Program-made: the position numbers and the translations under genes | Shown here: positions 27,701-35,334 of the stretch, piece after piece | How positions within the stretch are numbered: position 1 is the first letter of the stretch | Layout: each line of letters begins with the position of its first letter | The notes under the pieces: model-generated | Seen by the model: only the letters and a program-made list of their open reading frames with translations | Told to the model about the DNA's origin: nothing | The model's database searches: none | Assembly: GCA_035650595.1 (NCBI GenBank) | Contig: DASRHE010000009.1 | Location: 86,831 to 150,830 of the forward strand | Length of the DNA stretch: 64,000 nt | Source of the DNA: Terracidiphilus sp. | GTDB lineage: Bacteria; Acidobacteriota; Terriglobia; Terriglobales; Acidobacteriaceae | Reading direction: 5' to 3'

Positions 27701-28431
27701 TCGTAAAAATTGTTGACGATCTTGAATTCCTGGGTCGCATCCACGGAAGGGATGTAGGCGACATTCAAATTCGCGTGCGAACGATCGCCCGCCACATCGG
27801 ACACCGCATCATCGGGAGCGCCATCAATCAGGAAGGAGTTGGACTGGCGAAGGCCACCGTTGATTGAAAAGTTCGCATTATCGCCGTTGTCAAACGGGCG
27901 CTGGAAGGAAGGATTGCCTTGGAATTGAACACCGGGAACGAGCTGAGCCAGCATGAACGGGTTCCTGCCAACCAGAGGCAATTTTTCAACGTGGACAGAG
28001 TCGATGAGTTCGCCGCGGGTCGCGGAGCCGGTCTCGAGCAGCGGAGCAGTATCCGTCACAGTGACGACTTCGCTCGTTCCGCCAATCGGCAGGCTAAGAT
28101 CGATCGCCAGTTTGTCTCCAACGTGCAGAATCACATTCGTCTGCTGTGCGGTCTTGAACCCATTTGCATTCGCGGTCAACGTGTAGTTGCCGGGGATCAG
28201 AAATGGAATTGTGTAATTTCCGTCGTCGGCTGAATTCACTTCCGTGACCACCCCGGTAGCGGTGTTGGTCACACTCACCTTGGCCCCGGGAACCGCCGCC
28301 CCACTGGGATCCTGGATGCGTCCGCTCAAGGTCGCTCGCGTCTCCTGGGCACTGAGAAAAGTCATCCCGCAAAAGGTTACGAGTATTGCGATGACGACAA
28401 AAAGCAGGTTGCGCTTAGAAGCTTTTGACAT
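24724..28431 (-). CDS. TonB-dependent receptor with N-terminal carboxypeptidase-regulatory-like domain (~1235 aa)
   Basis: Signal peptide, then SGRIQDPSGAAVPGAKVSVTNTATGVVTEVNSADDGNYTIPFLIPGNYTL (CarboxypepD_reg), a plug region, a long beta-barrel and a C-terminal ...QLGFKFNF with terminal aromatic. The ATG at 28431 has GAGAGG upstream. Confidence 0.85.
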   Translation of the reverse strand: MSKASKRNLLFVVIAILVTFCGMTFLSAQETRATLSGRIQDPSGAAVPGAKVSVTNTATGVVTEVNSADDGNYTIPFLIPGNYTLTANANGFKTAQQTNVILHVGDKLAIDLSLPIGGTSEVVTVTDTAPLLETGSATRGELIDSVHVEKLPLVGRNPFMLAQLVPGVQFQGNPSFQRPFDNGDNANFSINGGLRQSNSFLIDGAPDDAVSDVAGDRSHANLNVAYIPSVDATQEFKIVNNFYDAQYGRTGGGVFNVSTKAGTNDYHGDVYDFLRRYQLDANSVSNKIAGLPRYSLDPVTHANLGGHTLDDWGGTAGGPVRFPHYNGKDKTFFFASFENYHEVQPTPTLTTVPTLAERQGDFSAAGEPTIYDPWSTRLDANGNCCIRNAFPNNIIPQSRLSVSPGGQIANAYPKPNVGSGLLVNNYSTGSNTSEDHFKNFLARVDHNFSEKERLYVRYAHGRRNQVDHGSYNFTGPLYDAQDPLARSNDSAVLDSITALSPRVILDLRGSLARYTENVARSTVYGFDVTKLGFSQNFGSERFVPVPPRISMGNQSNIPDAGTRNPRYGISTVIGFQPSLEMLYGRHSIHVGGDIRNIAFGTGGGSFVYGGGAFAFTANFTQANPTAAYNGTSGSPLASLLLGAPAASNSSITSIISYTPRLLYRWWYQGYYVQDDLKLSKRLTLNLGLRYDLEGSPAESQNRMNRGFDTTDASPLASAAASASTGVCPACQKLTGGLYFAGTGGQPVSAFNTQYGHVQPRIGAVYQVFPNTLVRGGYGIFYLPEAAFGAAQGFAQDTAYVPNNIAGGSTANLYQPRGNNPAAPPLTDPFPSVLQPKGSSLGLSTFLGQSIIYNNTNRKIPRADQWSVGVQQQFPWNVKVDMSYVGMHTQYINTNDNQAGGARNLNVLSSGQIASVRQTVTNSATGSNGTYQTASQYVGAAVSNPFANQIPNTNLNGATVSRQQLLLPYPQFLGISYGQESVGKLWYNAAQLLIEKRYTNGFSIMGAYTWSKAEEALSFLNPQDPAPTKTIGSSDRPQRLVISALYELPFGHGHQLLSNANRSLELLAGGWQLNLIETIQSGTPVNLPSNANLISSPDAATKNRTTWFNPCVQLAPTFNSANGTYTAGAITSQGKTSSCAPVWQVINSANLDYRVSGFYTGAIRNPSAPIADLSLIKALNFTERYSGQFRLEAFNVTNTWIPGGPNTTVTGSAFGTIANSQSNISRQVQLGFKFNF

Positions 28432-28474
28432 GTGTTTGCCTCTCGAATGCATCTGGTCTCTTAGAACAGGCGAT

Positions 28475-28488
28475 TAGAATCGGTTCCA
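28475..28488. promoter_or_regulatory. operator-like site TAGAATCGGTTCCA (2 mismatches to TGGAATCGATTCCA)
   Basis: Located 44-57 nt upstream of the TonB-dependent receptor start codon. Confidence 0.35.
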
Positions 28489-28632
28489 ATTCTTAAGACA
28501 TAAACAATGCGGCAAGCCGCACATACCTGTCAATGGGTTTTTCCGCGTTTCCCGTATTCTATTGATATTGAAAGAGAAAAACGCGTTAAATCTGGATCGA
28601 AAATCGGCCGTTGATCTGCTCTTGAAGAGAAT

Positions 28633-28646
28633 GGGAATCGATTCCA
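28633..28646. promoter_or_regulatory. operator-like site GGGAATCGATTCCA (12-bp perfect core GGAATCGATTCC)
   Basis: Same core as the 19925 palindrome. Located ~200 nt upstream of the TonB-dependent receptor start. Confidence 0.45.
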
Positions 28647-28782
28647 ATTCAATGCCTAGGAACAATCACTAAGACAGCAGGGCGCGTCGAGCAATTGCTC
28701 GCCCACGCGGCAGCCAAAACTGCGATTCCTCGCATTACGAAGAGTATGGCGGACTCGCGATCAAGTGGCGAGGATTCCGAGC

Positions 28783-29130
28783 TTAGCGCAACGTTTCGAG
28801 ATATTGAGCAATCTCGCCTGCGTCGGCTGGAGTGACTCCCATCTCCGGCATGGCAGTTCCAGGATGTGCCTGGTGAGGATGTTGAATCCAAGAGGCGAGA
28901 TTTTGTGGAGTGTTCGGTAGTGTTCCTGCGATGTAGGTTCGTACACCCATTCGATCGAGTGGCGGTCCGACGGTAGCATGTGCCCCCGGAATACCCGGAA
29001 TCGTATGACAAGAACCGCATCCGTAATATTGAATGTGCTCGCCGCCTCGCTGAGCAGCGCTGCTTTCAGTCTGGTGGGAACACCCCGCGATCACCACTGA
29101 GAATACGAGGAGTGCAAGGAGTTTCGTCAT
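28783..29130 (-). CDS. c-type cytochrome, predicted lipoprotein
   Basis: Lipobox VIAGC. Heme site CGSCH with a distal Met (GTAMPEM). Last gene of the oxidase operon, overlapping ctaG by 4 nt. Confidence 0.75.
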   Translation of the reverse strand: MTKLLALLVFSVVIAGCSHQTESSAAQRGGEHIQYYGCGSCHTIPGIPGAHATVGPPLDRMGVRTYIAGTLPNTPQNLASWIQHPHQAHPGTAMPEMGVTPADAGEIAQYLETLR

Positions 29131-30053
29131 GCACGCTCCTTCGCATCAAGGGCGAGGTCGCCCAATACACCGTGTTTCAGGCGGTCCTCCGATGCAGCGA
29201 GCCAGCGCGCGAAGAGCCAAATGCCGATCACAATGAATACCACCCCTGAAGGCACCCACATCAGAAGGCCGCCGAGCTGCTGATCCTGCAATGGAGTCAG
29301 ATGCCACAATTCGGTGCGACTTGTATAGATCGGATACCAGATCACGGACGAGAAAGTGAGGAGCGCTCCCAGCGCACTGCAGTGGGCTTCGGTGCCAAAG
29401 ACATAGAGAACGCCTGCGCCACACGTCATCGTGGAGCGCCCGGCTCCAAAGAGTGCTGACCAGAACAAAATTCCAGAAAGAACGAAGCTGAGGTGTTGAA
29501 AGGCGTGGATGAAATCGGAGTCGAGTGTTGCCTGATACAGATAGGGAATATGCCACAGCCAGAGAGCAGCCGCGTGCACAAGAAATGCTCCGAGCGGTGA
29601 AAAAATAATGGAAATCGAAGCATGATTCTCGATTCTCGCGATCAGCCCTCCTAAAGGCCGGCGTGAAGTACGGGGCAATGCGTACAGCCATGTCACGCCC
29701 GGATGTGAGGCGGCAAAGAGCGGCGCCGCAATCAGGAGCAGAATTTCGTGCTGAAGCATGTGGGCGCTGAAGAGCACATCCCCAAGACGATGGAGGGGAG
29801 ATATCAAAGCGAAGGCTAACGAAATCCATCCCGCCGCAAATGCTAGATGATGCTTGCGGAGTCGAGGCTGGCGACCGCGCCGATATGCTCCGATGCCGTA
29901 CCAGAACAGAAAAAAGAAGAGCGGAAGAACGATGGACAACTCCCAGGACCAGTTCTCCCAATGCCAGAGCCCTGTCGGCGCAGGAAGAAGTCCTTCATCA
30001 TCCCGCAGAGTCGGCGTGGCAAGCAAGAATGCGATATGCAGCGGAGCATTCAT
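29127..30053 (-). CDS. ctaG: cytochrome c oxidase assembly factor CtaG (Caa3_CtaG family membrane protein)
   Basis: Polytopic membrane protein with ...LFSAHMLQHEILLLIAAPL... and conserved His-rich helices typical of Bacillus-type CtaG. Operon context supports the call. Confidence 0.7.
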   Translation of the reverse strand: MNAPLHIAFLLATPTLRDDEGLLPAPTGLWHWENWSWELSIVLPLFFFLFWYGIGAYRRGRQPRLRKHHLAFAAGWISLAFALISPLHRLGDVLFSAHMLQHEILLLIAAPLFAASHPGVTWLYALPRTSRRPLGGLIARIENHASISIIFSPLGAFLVHAAALWLWHIPYLYQATLDSDFIHAFQHLSFVLSGILFWSALFGAGRSTMTCGAGVLYVFGTEAHCSALGALLTFSSVIWYPIYTSRTELWHLTPLQDQQLGGLLMWVPSGVVFIVIGIWLFARWLAASEDRLKHGVLGDLALDAKERA

Positions 30054-30055
30054 GG

Positions 30056-30439
30056 TTATAAATCACATGGACCTAAGAGAAGTGTTGAAATGGTTCCAGC
30101 AACGGTGAACAGCAGAAACCCCGCGGCAAACCAGAGGCCGAGATACAGCATGAAACGCCTCGTATGCAATAGAGATTCCGATCCGCCATCCGCCTTCTCC
30201 TCGAACCTTCGCCGGGCCGAATAGGAAGCAACTCCGCCAGCGATGCAGAACAAAGCGCTCAGCACATTCACAAGAAGAACCAGATGGCGATTGTGGACGT
30301 TGCAGTCATAGTTGCTGACCATGTAACCCACCAGCGTGTTGATTCCGCCCGCAATAGGAGGCAGCAGAATGCCAACCCACAGGCGGAAGTTGATGCCCTG
30401 GTCCTCGTCGCTGGGAAAAATGCTGATGGGAGTCGGCAT
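30056..30439 (-). CDS. hypothetical 4-TMS membrane protein in the oxidase operon (possible subunit IV-like)
   Basis: Compact ORF with 2-nt and 6-nt gaps to its neighbours and four hydrophobic segments. No motif recognised. Confidence 0.5.
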   Translation of the reverse strand: MPTPISIFPSDEDQGINFRLWVGILLPPIAGGINTLVGYMVSNYDCNVHNRHLVLLVNVLSALFCIAGGVASYSARRRFEEKADGGSESLLHTRRFMLYLGLWFAAGFLLFTVAGTISTLLLGPCDL

Positions 30440-30445
30440 CGCTTC

Positions 30446-31069
30446 TCAACTCCTTAGCCAGCGCGGAGCCCAATAAATGACGAGGTAGATGGGGATCCAC
30501 GTGATTACAACGAAATACCAATAGCTTGCATTCTCTTCGGCGTCTACAAATCGCTTTCCCTCCACGTGAGGTGAGAAAAAGAGGGCCGTTAAAACTACGC
30601 TGTCCACCCAATCGGTGATGAGGTGCGTGATATGAAGACCCATGATCAGCCAAACAATGGAGCCGTACGCGGTCTGCGTCCAGTCCGTATTCAAATGGAG
30701 CATCTCTTTATAGCGAACAAAGATGATTGTCAATCCGAACAAGATCGAGAGAATCATTCCGATCTGAACTGACGTTGTGTCTCCGCGGCGTGCGCGCCGC
30801 CGGTACCACTCTGTCGGAATCACGCTGAGAAGGAAGATCGCGGTGTTGAGTGTGCCCCAGAACAGCTCGGGGGGCAGCACGCCCGGTGGCCAAGTATCCG
30901 CGCGCGAGTGAAGATAAAAGTAGGCTGCCAGCGCGAGCGCAAAGACGCTGCCTTCGATCACCATCATCCCGAGCGTTCCCCACCAGGTGATGCTTCGCGT
31001 GGCAAAGGTCACACTGGGGAGCGGTGAGACGTCGAGCAGACGACGCTGAGCTAGGTCTCTTTCTGCCAT
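30446..31069 (-). CDS. ctaE: heme-copper oxidase subunit III
   Basis: ITWWGTLGMMVIEGSVFALALAAYFYL..., an HxxH-containing helix (LHITHLITDW) and WYFVVITWIPIY are the subunit III pattern. Operon position after subunit I. Confidence 0.8.
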   Translation of the reverse strand: MAERDLAQRRLLDVSPLPSVTFATRSITWWGTLGMMVIEGSVFALALAAYFYLHSRADTWPPGVLPPELFWGTLNTAIFLLSVIPTEWYRRRARRGDTTSVQIGMILSILFGLTIIFVRYKEMLHLNTDWTQTAYGSIVWLIMGLHITHLITDWVDSVVLTALFFSPHVEGKRFVDAEENASYWYFVVITWIPIYLVIYWAPRWLRS

Positions 31070-33000
31070 ACATCCCTCTCTCTTCTCCTGGCGCTCTCGC
31101 GGCGCGTCGGCCAGAACCAGCCGATCAAGGCAATGGCGAGCGGAATGGCACCGATCGAGACCGCAACCGGACGAAAGATGCTGCCAATGAACAGAATCGT
31201 TGTCACGACCGCAGCAACAAACGGCCAGATGCTTGGCGCGGGAAATTCATCACGCCCTTCGGGCTCGGCATCCAGCAGACGTGTCGTGAGTATCTCCCGC
31301 GTGTCTTCATGGAGACCAACCACGACAGGCTGATCCGGCGCGGCATCCCAAAGAGCCTCGCGCCCATTCACGGTTGGCAGATCGAGAAAGTTGTAGGGAA
31401 CCGGCGGTGAACTCGTTGCCCATTCCAGTCCTCCCGCACCCCAGGGGTTCGCGGGCGCCACCGCACCCCTCTGCAGGCTATGCCAGACATTCAGCAGAAA
31501 AAGCAGGACGCCGAGAAACAGCAGAATGTACCCACAAGACTCGATCTGGTTCAACACCGTCCAACCCGCTCCAGCCGGATAGGTGTAAACGCGGCGCGGC
31601 ATGCCGCGGAGCCCCAGAATGTGCATGGGGAAGAAGGTGATGTTGAAGCCGATGGCGAAGAGCCAGAAGCTCCACACGCCGAGAGTCTCACTCAGCATGC
31701 GGCCGGTGATCTTAGGAAACCAGTAAGCCAGCGCTCCAAAGAGCGGGAAAACCGCGCCGCCGATCAAGACGTAATGAAAGTGGGCTACCACGAAATACGT
31801 ATCGTGCACCTGGAGGTCGACCGGAACAGAAGCAACGAAGATACCCGTCATCCCACCAATGATGAAGACGAAGAAAAATCCCAGTACCCAGAGCATTGGA
31901 CTCTTAAGCACGATCTTCCCTGTGGCGACCGTAGCGATCCAGCAGAAAATCTGTGTTCCAGCCGGAATTGCAATCATCATGCTCGCGGCGGTAAAGAAGC
32001 TTTCGCTCATCTGCGGAATGCCCGTAGCAAACATGTGGTGTACCCATAACCCGAAGGCAATGAAGCCGGTCGCGATCAGCGATAGCACCAAGGCCAGATA
32101 ACCGAAGACATGACGCCGCGAGAAGGTTGCGACAATGGTCGACACGATGGCCGTACCTGGCAAGAAGATGATGTAGACCTCGGGATGACCGAACCACCAG
32201 AAGAGGTGCTGATAGAGCAGCACGTCGCCGCCGACCGCAGGATTGTAAAACTGTGTTGAGGCCGTCCGATCAAGGAGCAGCATAGTGCTGGCGATCACTA
32301 CCCCAGGCATCGCGAAGATCACCATGAACGCGGTGACCACCTGCCCCCACACAAAAATCGGAATGCGGTTGAGAGACATTCCGGGTGCACGCAGTTTGAA
32401 AGCGGTCACAACAATTTCGACCGCCACGGCCAGCGCCGAGACTTCGGTGAAGGTGATGAGTTGCGCCCATATATCGGCGCGTTTTCCTGGCGCATAGTCC
32501 GGTCCTGATAGAGGAACGTAAGCAAACCAACCGCGATCCGGTCCGGAATTCACGAAAAAAAACGCGAAGAGTGTGACTCCGCCGAAAACGTAAAGATAGT
32601 AGCTATAGGCGTTCAACCGCGGAAAGGCAATATTCCGTGTACCAACCATCAGCGGCACGAGGTAAACGCTCAGCCCCTCAAACATCATGGGTACAGCAAA
32701 CAGGAACATCATCACGGAGCCGTGCATGGTGAAGATCTGGTTGTAGAGATCGGGCCCCATGATGTGGGCTTCAGGAAAGGCCAGTTGCAGGCGCATCGCT
32801 CCCGCCAGCAGCCCCGCCGCAAGAAAAAAGATGAAAGCAGTAACGATATAACGCTTGCCGATCGTGGTGTGATGGACGGCTCTGAACCAACCCAGAAACC
32901 CGCTGGGTTCTGTCCAAACCCGTGCCAGACGCTCTGCACGAATCTCTGCGGACTCCGCCGGCTCCGTTTCAAGGACCAATTGTGCTCTCTGGTCACTCAT
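31051..33000 (-). CDS. ctaD: cytochrome c oxidase subunit I
   Basis: HHTTIGKRYI, FFLAAGLLAGAMRLQL, WFGHPEVYIIFLP (CuB His and the cross-linked Tyr region) and HHMFATG...HFHYVL (heme ligands). Confidence 0.9.
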   Translation of the reverse strand: MSDQRAQLVLETEPAESAEIRAERLARVWTEPSGFLGWFRAVHHTTIGKRYIVTAFIFFLAAGLLAGAMRLQLAFPEAHIMGPDLYNQIFTMHGSVMMFLFAVPMMFEGLSVYLVPLMVGTRNIAFPRLNAYSYYLYVFGGVTLFAFFFVNSGPDRGWFAYVPLSGPDYAPGKRADIWAQLITFTEVSALAVAVEIVVTAFKLRAPGMSLNRIPIFVWGQVVTAFMVIFAMPGVVIASTMLLLDRTASTQFYNPAVGGDVLLYQHLFWWFGHPEVYIIFLPGTAIVSTIVATFSRRHVFGYLALVLSLIATGFIAFGLWVHHMFATGIPQMSESFFTAASMMIAIPAGTQIFCWIATVATGKIVLKSPMLWVLGFFFVFIIGGMTGIFVASVPVDLQVHDTYFVVAHFHYVLIGGAVFPLFGALAYWFPKITGRMLSETLGVWSFWLFAIGFNITFFPMHILGLRGMPRRVYTYPAGAGWTVLNQIESCGYILLFLGVLLFLLNVWHSLQRGAVAPANPWGAGGLEWATSSPPVPYNFLDLPTVNGREALWDAAPDQPVVVGLHEDTREILTTRLLDAEPEGRDEFPAPSIWPFVAAVVTTILFIGSIFRPVAVSIGAIPLAIALIGWFWPTRRESARRRERDVWQKET

Positions 33001-33995
33001 CGCAAAGTCTCCAGATAGGCGACCAGGTCATTAAGATCGCTTGCGGGCATAGGGTTGGGCGGCATGCGGCAGCCTGGCTTGATGCTTTGCGCGTTGGCTA
33101 TCCAGCCGGTGAGGTTGCCGGTATTGTTGACCAGGGTTCCCGCGGCTATCGTAGTCCGGCTCGCAATGTGCGTAAGATCAGGGCCAACGGTGGAACTTGC
33201 CGTAGTTCCGCGAATCGTGTGGCACATCACACATGGATGAGTTAGAAAGACCTCGCGCCCGTGAATGGTTTGTGGAGTCTGGGGATCAGGGGCCGGGTTG
33301 AGTTGTGATGAAAACCATTTATCGAAATCATCGCGGGATTGCGCAACGATCTGAAATGCCATGTGCGCATGTTGCAGACCGCAGAACTCCGCACACTGGC
33401 CCCGCCAGGTTCCCGGCTTGTCGACCTCGAGAGTCAGGTCATTCCAGTAGCCGGGAAGCAGATCCTTTTTCCCATGAATGTTCGGCGCCCAGAAACTATG
33501 GATTACATCGCGCGAAGTACCGTGAATATCGATCACGGTACCCGCCGGTACATGAATTTCGTTCGCGGTACGCACAATGCGATAGGGCTCGGCCTCGTTT
33601 GGATATTCAATCTCCCACCACCATTCGTGGCCGTATACATTGATCGTCATCGTCGATGACGCAGCGAGAGCCGCAGTCCGATGGCTGGCAATGAAGCTTG
33701 AAATCATCATTACGAACAGCAGCACGACCGTGACACCAATGGCTCCGCCTACGATCCAGGTGGTGCGCCGCTCAGTTTTGGGATCGACAGGAAGAGGTGG
33801 CGGCAAACCGGCGCCTCCAACTCGCCGTCGCAGCACACCGATGGTTAGGACGGCAAAGACAATCACCGTTACCACAGCCGTAATCCAGAAGATCAGCAGG
33901 AGCGTATGCTCAATCTGGAGTGCTTGCGGCCCGGCCGGTTCAAGCGGCGTTTGTGGGCCGCTGAAACCTGGAACGTCACTCAGAAACGCAATCAC
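32997..33995 (-). CDS. ctaC: cytochrome c oxidase subunit II with fused C-terminal cytochrome c domain (caa3 type)
   Basis: CuA site HSFWAP...CAEFCGLQHAHM. C-terminal CVMCH heme c motif. Confidence 0.85.
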   Translation of the reverse strand: MIAFLSDVPGFSGPQTPLEPAGPQALQIEHTLLLIFWITAVVTVIVFAVLTIGVLRRRVGGAGLPPPLPVDPKTERRTTWIVGGAIGVTVVLLFVMMISSFIASHRTAALAASSTMTINVYGHEWWWEIEYPNEAEPYRIVRTANEIHVPAGTVIDIHGTSRDVIHSFWAPNIHGKKDLLPGYWNDLTLEVDKPGTWRGQCAEFCGLQHAHMAFQIVAQSRDDFDKWFSSQLNPAPDPQTPQTIHGREVFLTHPCVMCHTIRGTTASSTVGPDLTHIASRTTIAAGTLVNNTGNLTGWIANAQSIKPGCRMPPNPMPASDLNDLVAYLETLR

Positions 33996-34543
33996 TGCTT
34001 TGGGCCCTCGACCGGCTGCTGATTTTCTTGTTCAGGGTGCTCCTTCTGTCTTGCAGATTCAGGCAGCGATGCCTGCATATGATCGGACCGCGAAGGAGCT
34101 ACATCGGAAGGAAGCAGGCCGCTCATCGAGCGGACATAGGCGGCGATCTCCCATACCTGATAATCAGGAATCTTTCCGGCGAAGCTCGGCATGCCGTTAG
34201 GACGGCCCTGCACGATGGTCGAATGAATCTGTTCGAGCGAACTGCCGTAAATCCAAACCGAATCCATCAATGCCGGACCGATAGCGCCGCCACCCTGCGC
34301 GTGACAGCCGACGCAGTTATATGCCTCGTAGAGTCTCTTGCCTTCGGCAACTGTGTAAGCGCTCTGCTGATACGCGAGCGGCGCTTTTTGCGTCGGCGGT
34401 TGCCCGGCCGAAACCTCGTTCAATACGGTTGCACCGGCGGGCGTGGCGCCAGTCGATCCCGGATCAAAGACCCGCTGCTCGCGCTTACATCCGATGATGA
34501 TCAGAGGTAAGAGGATGTGGAAGAGCTTGGCTGAAAGTCTCAT
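33992..34543 (-). CDS. c-type cytochrome, predicted lipoprotein (candidate XoxG-like electron acceptor)
   Basis: Lipobox LIIIGC. Heme site CVGCH with ...NGMPSF (Met ligand). 4-nt overlaps with both neighbours. Confidence 0.7.
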   Translation of the reverse strand: MRLSAKLFHILLPLIIIGCKREQRVFDPGSTGATPAGATVLNEVSAGQPPTQKAPLAYQQSAYTVAEGKRLYEAYNCVGCHAQGGGAIGPALMDSVWIYGSSLEQIHSTIVQGRPNGMPSFAGKIPDYQVWEIAAYVRSMSGLLPSDVAPSRSDHMQASLPESARQKEHPEQENQQPVEGPKQ

Positions 34544-35334
34544 AAGCTGCCTCCATCGGCCGGCGCGAACGGGACGTGATAGGAGTGGAGAATTGCCTCG
34601 ATCCGACCTTGGTTTTTGCGGATTGCGGCGCTCAGATTGCCCGCCAATTTTTGATCGTCGTTATGAACTGCGATGGCCATCGCGAATGTAAATGGAATGC
34701 CCGTTGAATCGATCGCCGGCCGCACCGGAGAGAGAGCTAACGGCACCCGCTGCCGGGACGCATAGTATCCAGCGATGGGCCCCCACACGACCGAGAAGCC
34801 TACCTTATTGTTGGCCACGGCCCGCACAATCGCGTCGCCGCCGTTGCCGAATGAGTCGAAGCCAACAAACTGCGCGGCGTGGCCTGAGCGAATCAGTGGA
34901 AGAGAAGGTGGTGAAAAATCCTCTTCAAGAATTTGAAGGCCGATGCGCTGTTTTCCAATCGCCGGATCATCGAAACCGGTCAACTGGAGATGATCGCTTC
35001 GCCGAGTCACGAAGACATAGCTCGATCGGTAGTATGGAATCGTCGTACGCACATGCTTCATGCCTTCCGGCACTCCCATCAGCAAATCGCAGGCGTCCTT
35101 GTTGAACTGCTCACGCAAGAAGCCGCGACGTGCTCTCGCCCAGACGAAGATCACAGGGCGGTTCAAATTACGTCCCAACATTTCTGCAATGCGGTTATCA
35201 AAGCCGGCGCGGGATGCGCTTGAGAAAGGCAAGTCGTCAGGATCAGCGCAGACGCGCAATGGTGACTGGCCGAAAGCTGACAGGCTCGACAGCATGCAGA
35301 GAAGACCGATGAGATTACGGCAGAGAGAAGACAT
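34540..35334 (-). CDS. quinoprotein-dehydrogenase-associated periplasmic substrate-binding protein (MoxJ/XoxJ-like)
   Basis: LRVCADPDDLPFSS...GFDNRIAEML...PYYRSSYVFVTRR... matches the MoxJ-type SBP family pattern as I recall it. The ATG at 35334 is preceded by AGGAGGG and overlaps the dehydrogenase stop by 20 nt. The longer track ORF (to 35592) runs inside the upstream gene. Confidence 0.75.
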   Translation of the reverse strand: MSSLCRNLIGLLCMLSSLSAFGQSPLRVCADPDDLPFSSASRAGFDNRIAEMLGRNLNRPVIFVWARARRGFLREQFNKDACDLLMGVPEGMKHVRTTIPYYRSSYVFVTRRSDHLQLTGFDDPAIGKQRIGLQILEEDFSPPSLPLIRSGHAAQFVGFDSFGNGGDAIVRAVANNKVGFSVVWGPIAGYYASRQRVPLALSPVRPAIDSTGIPFTFAMAIAVHNDDQKLAGNLSAAIRKNQGRIEAILHSYHVPFAPADGGSL

